DNA of 64,000 nucleotides from the NCBI RefSeq assembly GCF_963921235.1, contig NC_086097.1, positions 252,094,001-252,158,000 on the forward strand. The letters run 5' to 3'. The notes under the pieces are model-generated. The model had not been told where the DNA came from and searched no databases. It saw only the letters and a program-made list of their open reading frames with translations. A program made the translations under genes and the position numbers. This DNA comes from Mobula hypostoma. Its lineage: Eukaryota. Below are positions 12,051-23,300 of the stretch, in pieces; position 1 is the first letter of the stretch, and the number at the start of each line of letters is the position of its first letter.

Positions 12051-12909
12051 CATAAAATATCAAAACGTGGCAAAATGCATCATTTGCATCAATCAGCAAG
12101 GATACACTGGGGACAGCCTGCAAGTTATCACCATTGCTAACATTGCATGCCCTTAACTCACTATTGCTAACCATATGTCTTTGAAAATGTGAGAGGAAAC
12201 CCACATGGTCACAGGGAGCACGTACAAACTCCTTACAGACAGCAGTGAAACCTGAAACCCTCGGTTGGTAATCGTCACCCATGGATGTTGTGTCCCAGCT
12301 GTCTACATGATACACAAGCCAGGGCAATGATACGGAAAGCCAGCTGTTGCCCGTGTAGCAAACTACCGCTCTTCATGCAAAGGAACAACAGAGACCAGTA
12401 GTTTGACACCAATGGCATTGGAAGAATTACTGGACAGCATTGAACTCTCTGCAAGACTGCCTTTGGGTCTCCAGCTTGACCTCTCCCCCCTCCCCCCAAG
12501 GTTTACTCCTGAAGCCTCCCCCACAAGTGGGTATAGCCACAAGACAGCAGAGGTTTGCAATGTTTTCCTTGTCCTAGATGAGCTGGCGACCACAACTAAT
12601 GAGCCCCATCTGGCCAAAACGACTGATTTTAAGGGGCCCGTAACCCACCTTTGCCCATTCTCCTGTCAGTAGAAACTATTCCACTGGGCTTAGTAGCAAA
12701 GCCACACATGAAGGCCAGGGTCTGGACTTGGTTGGCAGCGGCTATTTGAGGTGCACATCATTGGGAGCATTTAATAGGTAATGGTAGATTATCCCCACTA
12801 CCACCTCTGGCTATGCCAAAAGACTCATTTCCTTGTGGAAATGATCCAAGTTCATATAGCTTGTGCATAATTTATGACCCATTTTGATAGTAGTTTAAAT
12901 ATTTTCTAG

Positions 12910-13026
12910 ATTAAAGCCATTGGACAAGCAGAGCTCAACTCCAGCAATCCCGAGGAGGTGCTGCAGTTAGCAGCACAGAAGAGAAAAAAGAAGTTCCTAC
13001 AAGCCATGGCAAAACTTTACTTTTGA
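12910..13026 (+). CDS. INTS8: Integrator complex subunit 8, last coding exon
   Basis: ttttctag|ATT...TTT TGA encodes IKAIGQAELNSSNPEEVLQLAAQKRKKKFLQAMAKLYF*, the recognisable INTS8 C-terminus. Confidence 0.95.
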   Translation: MKAIGQAELNSSNPEEVLQLAAQKRKKKFLQAMAKLYF

Positions 13027-13130
13027 CTGTTAATTGATGCAAACTTTTGAAGCAGGTGCCTGAGACACTTACAGTATTTAGTTGAAGCATTTGCCGGATA
13101 ACACTGCTTGTGTAATTTGTTAAATTTCAT

Positions 13131-13136
13131 AATAAA
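13131..13136 (+). terminator. Candidate INTS8 polyadenylation signal AATAAA
   Basis: First AATAAA, about 105 nt after the stop codon, with TTGTTT downstream. Confidence 0.6.
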
Positions 13137-13173
13137 ATAATGCAAATAACAATTGTTTCAAACATGTTTCAAA

Positions 13174-13179
13174 TTTAAT
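13174..13179 (-). terminator. Candidate CCNE2 polyadenylation signal ATTAAA
   Basis: The only AWTAAA I noticed on the minus strand between the two stop codons. It implies a ~1.1-kb 3' UTR. Confidence 0.45.
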
Positions 13180-14257
13180 TTCACAGCACCTAATTTCATA
13201 GTATGAGTCTTACACCTGTCCATAAAATATTCCGCTAGTTCATAGCTTACCCATTCAATGCTCATTCATAGATCACTGGAAATTGTATAGTTGGATAGCT
13301 GTCTTTAACAGGTAATTTACTGTACATTTTTACAAAACTATTTACAGTAATACAATAAAATTCATGTTCTTTGGCAGTGAGATTTAGTTTAGCTGGGTGA
13401 GGAATTAGTGGTGAACTGCTTTGAGGTTTACGTACGTGGTCTCTTTTACAGTGCAATAAACATCACTCCCTTTGCTCCTTTAGCTCAGACGGTGCAGATG
13501 AAGCCCATTAATGAGAGAATGCTTATTTGATCAGCTGCTCAGTTACAGTCCAGGCTCTAACACCCAACACAGGTCCCAACTCCATACCCCCTGCATTTTA
13601 CTTGGCTACCATACAATTCTTAAAAGACAGTGCAAACCTTCAGTGAGTTACATTATCAAGACATAATACTTAACATCGGTCTGCTTATTGTAAATCGACT
13701 CAAATCTTCACAAACTTAAATCTCCACTGCAATTCACCCACCTCCCTGTTGTAAACGTACAAGAGTAATGTGATCCCTCGATAAAGTTCTCAGCTCCACA
13801 GTGCACTATTTCACAGCAGTTACATTTTACTGCAAATCAAGCAATGGCTCTGTCCTGTGACAAAATCACAGCTTTTACTAGTCTTCCCACTCCACAAGAA
13901 AATTAATCACAATGCTCGCACATCTTTCTGAATAAAACCATTATTGAAATGGATAGCATGAGCTGCCTTTTTTAAAAAAAAATGTGCAGTAGTCATCTCT
14001 GGGTTTTGTTTAAAAGTACACTTTTTCCTTCCCCAGAACAGACCCACCACAGGGGTCTTCTCGGTGGAAGTAAAACATTGTGGAGCCAGCTCCCAGCTTG
14101 CCCGTTCTTTAAAACAAATCCAAAACCATTAGATGTTTTTTCCTAAAATTAACTCCAGTAAGAGTTTCCAGCTGCATCTCAAGGCATCGTACAACCCCAG
14201 CTGTTAATTCCACAGTTGTCCGGTTTTTCCATTCATTCCTCTACAGCAAATTCAACT

Positions 14258-14371
14258 TCAGTACAATAAACTGGACGGTTTTTCAGTACTTTTAGGTGGA
14301 GTCAATATCCCTCCGATGGACACAGGTGACAGCCTTGCTATGGACTCCATTTTCCTCACATGCACCTCATC
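14258..14371 (-). CDS. CCNE2: Cyclin E2 last coding exon
   Basis: tttcag|[37 protein letters not shown]; contains the FBXW7-type phosphodegron TPPKS. Confidence 0.93.
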   Translation of the reverse strand, partial: DEVHVRKMESIARLSPVSIGGILTPPKSTEKPSSLLY

Positions 14372-17300
14372 CTGAAAGTACAAAGTACAATTCAATTAGT
14401 TCATAGACCTATCAAATTGTCATTCAAAAGCAATCAAATGAATATAACATTCATCGCAATCTTACAAGCGTCGGGACTTTAATTTCATTGAACAGCACTC
14501 TGAAATCAATATTTGCAAATTAAAAGTTGATGGGGGCTGATTAACAACAGCCAATAAAACACTAGGGACAACAAGCAGCCGTTTCTGGAGAGGCCTGTCA
14601 GAGTGGGCCAGAGTAAAGTGGGGAGCTGAGGCTTTGGCTCAAGAGGGTTCAGCATTAAAAAGGTGAAGGTAGGCGGAGAGGATGTTTCCAATAGCGAGAG
14701 TCTAGGACCGGAGGCCGCAGCCACAAGATAGAGGGACGTCCATTTTGAACAGAGATGAAGAGGAATTTATTTAGCCAGAAGATGATATTTCTGTGGAATC
14801 TTTGCCACAGACAGCCATGGAGACCAAGTTATTGGGTATATTTAAAGCAGAAGTTGATAAGTTCTCGACGAGTAAGGGCATTAGGAGGTTATGGGAGAAG
14901 GCAGCGGGCTGGGTTGCATGTTAACGCAAACGATGCATCAATGTTTCCATATACACATGATAAATAATTTAATCTGAATTCAAATCCAAAGCTTTGTGGT
15001 TCACCACTAGTCCCAGTTTACCATCACCTGCTGTTAACAAGCTATGTAATTTAAACTTCTGGCTCCCAACCCCAACGTAGGACCTTCTCAAAGGCCTTTC
15101 TGAAGTCAGTCCACGGAGATCAGCGCCTCCCAACCTGGGGTCCACGAACCCTGATTTTCCTTTTGTAAAGGATAAACAAAACTGAAGAATAAATTTGCAG
15201 AGTGCTTGGAGCTTCCTACATTGACGCTGCCTGTCTAAACAGTATACAAGAGTACTGCTTTACTACAGACTATTAGAGCTTGCAGCTTTCCGGAGTTTAA
15301 TTCCGACGTCCTTGGTGAGGAATCAGGGTGTTCTCGTTTCCTCTCACAGTACAAGGAGCTACCAGGAAGGTTAACTCGTCCTTGTATATCATCCCATTAT
15401 TAAGTTTGAGTTAATTTGGGTTGTGAGGTTCCAGGGGCAGCATAGCTCGAATTCAGCACTGTCACTAATAACGAAGGTGGAATACTCACTAGCATATCCA
15501 GGTACTTGGTGTGTGTCTGGATGTTGTGTCGGTCCTCGTTTGCCACGTGTTCAAAGTCTCTCAACTTCACTGCGTTTTCTTCATTCACTGTCTTTGCAAA
15601 AGGGATCATCCAGTTAAAACACGCAGAAATGTTCTCCCATTTCAGGCCTAGAAACAAATAGGCAGAACAAATATTAGAAATAGCACACAAACACTGCAGA
15701 TCATGTCAAACTGCAAGGTTATTCTGCAAGTTGATAGTATTGTTCAGACGGAATATTGTGTGTTGGCCTTCATTAGTCGGCGGATTGAGTTCAAAAGCTG
15801 TGAGGTAACGTTGCAGCTCTACAAAACCCTGGTTAGGCCACACTTGGAAAATTGTGCTCAGTTCTGATGGTCTCATTACAGAAAGGATGTGGGACCTTTG
15901 GTGCAGAGCAGATTTAGCGGGATGCTGCCTGGACTACTTGATGGCTCTGGGCTTGTATTTGCTTTGTGGGGGGGCGGGGGAGGATGCTCATTGAACCTAC
16001 TGTAATATGAAAGGTTTAGATAAAGTGGACGTGGACAGAGCATTTCCTATAGTGGGGTAGTCTAGAACCAGAGGGGCACAGAATAGAGGATGTCCCTTTA
16101 GAAAAGGATTAGGAGGAATTTCTTCAGCCAGGAGGTGAATATGAGAAATTCATTGGCACGGACGGCTGTGGAGGACAATTTATTGGGTGTACTTAAAGGA
16201 GAGGTTGACAGGTTCTTGACGAGCCAGGGTGTCAAAGGTGGGAGAATGGGGTTGAAGGGAACAATAAATCAGCCGTGATGGAATGGCGGAGCAGTCATAA
16301 TCATGGGAAAACACAGGCCCTTCCACCCATCTAGCCCATACTGAAACATTTAAACTGTCTACTCCCATCGACCGCCACCAGAACCCTCCACATCCCTACC
16401 ATTCACGTACCTGCCCAAACTAGTTGTTCTTTTTGATATAAAAGAGGTTCATTGGGGTGGTTTTTGGGGACAGAGAGAGGGAGTCTGACCCTCTGCTCTC
16501 CATTTGAGGGCCAGTGACGCAGGCACCGCCGGCAGACCAGCAAGGACGAGGGCTGGTGGCGAGTCTGGAGTTCAGTTCCTCATTCGTCAGTGAGTTCTCG
16601 ATCAACACGAAGTACAAAATCCCAAAGGTCACTCAGAAGTCTGCAGGTGTTACTCTGGGTTTCCAGGCATCAGCAGAATCTCTCGCTTACAGAGGGATTT
16701 AGTCCCAGAACAGGTAGAAGACTGGGTCAGCACAAACAAGGTGGGCCGAAGGGCCTGTTTGTTGTGGTGCTCCATAACTGAGTTGAGACCCAATGGCCAG
16801 AGCCCTGCGATTTTCTGCAAGTCTGCTGGGGACCAATATCTGCAAATCCACCAGTCCATTGCAGACCGGAGATGACTGATCCCAGGGTCAGAGTGAGAGG
16901 GAAGAGGGGAGCTAGCTTTATCACATTCTGTTTCGTTGTGTTCTGCTGAAACTGTGGGCATGCTACACTGGCGGAACAAGCACGGACTGACACTTGTGGG
17001 TTGCCCACAGAACACCTCGGACTGTGCTGGTTGCTAATACAAACATCGCATTTCACTGTTTCGATGTGACAAATCTGAGTCTGAGATCTACATCATTAAA
17101 GTTAAAACAGCACAGATACGACCAGTGGTACCACAATAAGGGCTTAATTAGGAAGGGGAAAAAAGATTATGAGAGAAAACTGGCAGGGAACATAAAAACG
17201 GACTGTAAAAGCTTTTATAGATATGTAAAAAGGAAAAGACTGGTAAAGACAAATGTAGGTCCCCTGCAAACAGAAACAGGTGAATTGATTATGGGGAGCA

Positions 17301-20300
17301 AGGACATTGCAGACCAATTGAATAATTACTTTGGTTCTGTCTTCACTAAGGAGGACATAAATAATCTTCCAGAAATAGTAAGGGACAGAAGGTCCAGTGA
17401 GATGGAGGAAGTGAGCGAAATACAAGTTAGTAGGGAAGTGGTGTTAGGTAAATTGAAGGGATTGAAGGCAGATAAATCCCCAGGGCCAGATGGTCTGCAT
17501 CCTAGAGTGCTTAAGGAAGTAGCCCAAGAAATAGTGGATGCATTAGTGATAATTTTTCAAAACTCGTTAGATTCTGGACTAGTTCCTGAGGATTGGAGGG
17601 TGGCTAATGTAACCCCACTTTTTAAAAAAGGAGGGAGAGAGAAACCGGGGAATTATAGACCGGTTAGCCTAACGTCGGTGGTGGGGAAACTGCTGGAGTC
17701 AGTTATCAAGGATGTGATAACAGCACATTTGGAAAGCGGTGAAATGATCGGACAAAGTCAGCATGGATTTGTGAAAGGAAAATCATGTCTGACGAATCTC
17801 ATAGAATTTTTTGAGGATGTAACTAGTAGAGTGGATAGGGGAGAACCAGTGGATGTGGTATATTTGGATTTTCAAAAGGCTTTTGACAAGGTCCCACACA
17901 GGAGATTAGTTTGCAAACTTAAAGCACACGGTATTGGGGGTAAGGTATTGGTGTGGATAGAGAATTGGTTAGCAGACAGGAAGCAAAGAGTGGGAATAAA
18001 CAGGACCTTTTCAGAATGGCAGGCAGTGACTAGTGGGGTACCGCAAGGCTCAGTGCTGGGACCCCAGTTGTTTACAATATATATTAATGACTTGGATGAG
18101 GGAATTAAATGCAGCATCTCCAAGTTTGCGGATGACACGAAGCTGGGTGGCAGTGTTAGCAGTGAGGAGGATGCTAAGAGGATGCAGGGTGACTTGGATA
18201 GCTTGGGTGAGTGGGCAAACTCATGGCAGATGCAATTTAATGTGGATAAATGTGAAGTTATCCACTTTGGTGGCAAAAATAGGAAAACAGATTATTATCT
18301 GAATGGTGGCCGATTAAGAAAAGGGGAGGTGCAACGAGACCTGGGTGTCATTATACACCAGTCATTGAAAGTGGGCATGCAGGTACAGCAGGAGGTGAAA
18401 AAGGCGAATGGTATGCTGGCATTCATAGCGAGAGGATTCGAGTACAGGAGCAGGGAGGTACTACTGCAGTTGTACAAGGCCTTGGTGAGACCACACCTGG
18501 AGTATTGTGTGCAGTTTTGGTCCCCTAATCTGAGGAAAGACATCTTTGCCATAGAAGGAGTACAAAGAAGGTTCACCAGATTGATTCCTGGGATGGCAGG
18601 ACTTTCATATGAAGAAAGACTGGATGAACTGGGCTTGTACTCGTTGGAATTTAGAAGATTGAGGGGGGATCTGATTGAAACGTATAAGATCCTAAAGGGA
18701 TTGGACAGGCTAGATGCGGGAAGATTGTTCCCGATGTTGGGGAAGTCCAGAACGAGGGGCCACAGTTTGAGGATAGAGGGGAAGCCTTTTAGGACCGAGA
18801 TTAGGAAAAACTTCTTCACACAGAGAGTGGTGAATCTGTGGAATTCTCTGCCACAGGAAACAGTTGAGGCCAGTTCATTGGCTATATTTAAGAGGGAGTT
18901 AGATATGGCCCTTGTGGCTACGGGGGTCAGGGGGTATGGAGGGAAGGCTGGGGCGGGGTTCTGAGTTGGATGATCAGCCATGATCATAATAAATGGCGGT
19001 GCAGGCTCGAAGGGCCGAATGGCCTACTCCTGCACCTATTTTCTATGTTTCTATGTTTCTAAACCTGCAGTGCAGTGCAGTTCAGTTCAGAGACTGCACA
19101 CGCTCCGTGACCACAGGACTCCCTAAATACTGGCAGTCTAGTCTTTTCCCTCATTCTCAAGACATTCTGATTTGGATGCTGTAATTTGGCTCTGGTGGGA
19201 GAATCGAGTGAGTGTTAGAAGCAGGTGAAAGAGGCAGATGTGAGAAAATAGATCGTCAGACCATAAGAGATAGGAGAAGCAGGCCATTCAGCCCATCAAG
19301 TCAGCTCTATCATGGCTGATTTATCATCCCATTCTCTCTACCAGTGTACTATATGGATCAATGGTATAAACCGGGAGCCAAATGGACTCGTATCGCGTGA
19401 TTTCTACACAAAATAGACCACGATGCAAGAACTGCCATACCTGAAGCTGTGAAGGTATCCTCCATGGGCGTGTAGTAACACAAAGCAGCAGCAGTCAGCA
19501 CTCCGTACGGGAAACTTAAACTCTCCACATCCAGGATGCACAGATCCAGAAGCTGCACAGAAAGATGGTAATACGTTAATTATTTGATAGTGTACAATCA
19601 GCAGGCCCCATTGCAAATATCTAATCAGTCAACGTGGCAGCAACTCAATACACAAAAGCATGCAGACATGATCAACAGGTTCAGTTGTTCAGACCAAATA
19701 CTAGAACCCAAATGAGTCTCAGGATACAACAGGTCAGATCAGTTAACGTGGTGAAGAGGATTTGATACTACAGACAAATTGCAGGTTTCTGGATGACAGC
19801 AATTTTATGCTACATCGGACAGTGATGATGCTTCCCCAAGATTTACATCAACCGGGAAAGGGGGTTATGGAATGGCAGATGCAGTTTAACGTGCAAGAGG
19901 ATGTGTTTTGGGAAGTCAGACAAGCCAGGACACTTGGCAAATGAAGCTGCTGTAGAAGAGGCTCCTGGAAGTACATTGTTCAATGAAACTCGGAGCTGAA
20001 GGAAGCATTTGGCAGGTGTAAATTACTAAACGGGAAACATCAAAGTTAAAACAAATGCAGAACAGGTACAGAAGCAAAAAGGGGTACACCTCCCGAAACC
20101 ACTCACTAATCAGCTTAGCTCGTCATTTAGGTGACATGCGGCAGGCTGCACGGCTCTGGTGGCCCACTAGAGGAAGGATGGCGAGGCTTTGAAAAGGGCA
20201 CAGAAGAGGTTTACCAGGAAGCTGCCTGGGTTAGAAATTGGACGAATTAGAGTTGTTTTCTCTGGAGTACTGGGGACTGAGGGAAGGTTTGATAGAGGTT

Positions 20301-23300
20301 TATGAGAGGCAGAGAGAGTAGAAAAACAGCATCTTTTTCCCGGGATTGAAATGTCTAACACCAGAGGGCATGCAGTTAAGGTGAGAAGGGGCAAGTATTT
20401 TTTTAAATATACACAGAATGGTTGGCACCTGGAACGTGCTGCCTGGGGTGGTGGTAGAAGCAGATGTGTTAGAGACTTGTGACATTTAGACAGACACATG
20501 AATGTGAGGAAAATGGAAGGATAAGGACATTGTGTAGGCGGAGGAAATTAGTTTAGTTAGCCACTTGATTACCAGTTTAATTGGTTCACCATGACAATGT
20601 GGGCCGAATACCCTGTTGTGTTCTGGTATTAATTACTTTAAACTGGTTTTTAAAACAGTTGCTTGAAAACACTGAAAGTAGTTACCCGAGCAATCTGTAT
20701 GAAGACATCTTGCGAATACTGAGGAAAGGACATGTTCGGTACTTCTTTTAAAAAGACAATTTGAAGGTAAAGGTTTAACCAGCAAACAACAGTCACCGGA
20801 CACAACTCCCAATTCAGTGCCTAGGGAAAAGGAAAACAAAATACTGAGTTACTTCGTACTGTGTGATCATTATTACTGTTGAAATGAGTCTGCAAGTTCA
20901 AGGTACACATCACCATATATAACTTGACTCATTTTCTTGCAGCCATTCACATGAAAAGAGAAATACAACTTATGAAAAACTATAAACAAAAGCTGACAAA
21001 CAACCAATGTGTAAAAAAAGGTTCCAGTAAATCGATACAGAGAACACGATTTCTAAACTCCTTGAAAGTTAATTGATCGGTCAAATTTGCAAATAGAGGG
21101 AAAAATTAATGTGCAGAAACCAGTCTCCTTTTCAATGGAGCCCAACTGAGAGGCCACAGCGTCTGAGCCGAAACACCAGAAGCTTTAACAGCTCTCAGTG
21201 AAGCGAGCCGCCATCTCATTCTCAAATGCGACTTTGATAGAGATGAACAAGAGGCAAAGATGGAGTAGGCAGCCACAGACTCCTCTCTGGTGCAAGAGTG
21301 GCTTCATAGAGGTGTACAAGATTAGGGCACAATGCTTGGGGAGGAGCTCAGATCAATTCCAACGTCATCAGCAAGGAGTGTAAATCTTCTTCCCCCGTGA
21401 ACACTCTGACCTGCTCCCACTGTCCAAAATGTACCGGTAAGCAGATCATTGTAAATTGTCCTGTGATTAGACTAGGGTTAAATAGGTGGGTTACTGCGCG
21501 GTGCACCCCCATTTACAACAGAGGTGAGAAGGAATTTCTTTAGCCAGATGGTGGTGAGACTGAACTTCATTGCCACTGACAGCTGTGGTGGCCAAGTCAT
21601 TGAGTATATTTAAAGCGAATAGGTTCTTGATTAGTCAGAGCATCAAAGGTTACAGGGAATGGGATTGAGAGAGATAATAAATCAGCCTTGATGGAATGGC
21701 AGAACAGACTCAATGGGCTGAATGGCCTGATTCTTCTGTGTCCTATCCTTGTGTTACCCCTGGTTCCTTTGCAACACAAAATGCTGGAGGAACTCAGCAG
21801 GTCAGGCAGCTTCTATGGAAACGTTTCAGGATGTGACTTTTCATCAGGACTGGAAATGAAGGGGGAAGATGCTAGAATAAAAAGATGGGAAGGTGAGGAG
21901 TGCAAACTGGCAGGTGACAGGTGAGAGGGAGGGTAGGCGGGGATTTGTAGTTGGCTTCTGTCTGAGGCAAGAACTACTTCTAAACTAAAGACACAATTCT
22001 ATACACAAACAATACCCTCTTTCACTGCTCTTAATTAAACAATAAAGAGACACTTTCAAGATCAACTCTCGTTAATGAGTGATTGTTTAACAGGCAAATT
22101 CTTCAAAAGGTTGCATGTTTGAAATTCTGTAACACAAAGGTGTGGGTTCCAAATCATTCAGTGTTTTTCAGACATTAGGAGAAAAAAAACTTATGACAAT
22201 ATTCTGAGATGCTGGAAATCCAGAGAAAAACACGCACACACACACAATGCTGGAAGAACTCAGCAGGTCAGGCAGAATCTGTGGAGGGAAATAAACAATC
22301 GATGTTTCGGGCCGAGACCCTTCACCAGGACTGAAGAGCGGGAAGATGCTTGAATGAGGTTGGGGAGGGGGAATAAGGACAAGCTGGCAGGAGATGGACA
22401 AGACCAGCAGGACTGATAAATAAATAGATAAAAGACTTCAGAAGGGATCAGACTGAAAAGCAAGAGAATAGTCACTGGGACTCGAGCAGGTCCCCTCCAT
22501 GGCTGACCCGCTGAGTTCCTCCAGCTCAGTACTGTGGTGTGATGGTACCAGACTGGAGTTACTTCGCACACAATTACAGGATTCTCAGCTTACGTCTCTG
22601 CATCTCCCTAGATGCCCTTGTCATGTGTAACACTTAGCTCACAGCTCACAAGATCTCCTCTACACTGGGAAGACCCATGGTGATGGGCGGGGGGGGGGGG
22701 TTCCAGCTGCTTGTGGGAAGGAACCAGAGCACCCGGACGAAACCCATTCAGTTCACAGGGAGGACATACAGACTCCTTCAGATGGCATCGGAATTGAACT
22801 CGATGGCCCCAGCTGCAAGTGTTGCTCTAGCCACTACGACATTGTGCATCTATCGAGTGTATTTCATGCATTGCTGCTATTAACCAACAAATTTCATGAC
22901 ACACCATTGATAATCAACCCGATTGTGACTCAATTCCTTCAAAAAGGACAAGCTCAAAGCAACACACTACATGCTGGCAAAACTAGCGGGTCAGACAGCA
23001 TCTATGGAAGTGAAAACAGTCGACATTTCAGGTCGAGAGTCCTCATCAGGACTGGTGAGGAAGGGAGAAGCCAGAACTAGGACGAGCTTAGATCTGTGAT
23101 GTTCAAGCACGTTACCTTTAAAATAATTAACTCCATATCCAGTATCTCTGTTTCCGTGCATGCTCCGTCTGTGACATACGCAAACTCATTCAGTTTTGGA
23201 GGGTAGATTTCCTGAAATAAAAAGAACCGTAAATGTAAAATTAGATTTTAAGAGAGTTTACTTTTATGCCACGTGGTCTCACGGGAAGCTGCATTGCAGC

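Noticed and set aside
16994..18964. 656-aa RT ORF as a host gene, retron or group II intron
   Set aside because: Typical CR1 ORF2 with CR1 tail. The first ~48 aa are read-through from flanking DNA and the endonuclease is missing.
18295..18987. Antisense ORFs over CR1 copies (also 317..601, 37675..38112, 46794..47561)
   Set aside because: Shadow frames of LINE ORF2 that recur only because the element recurs.
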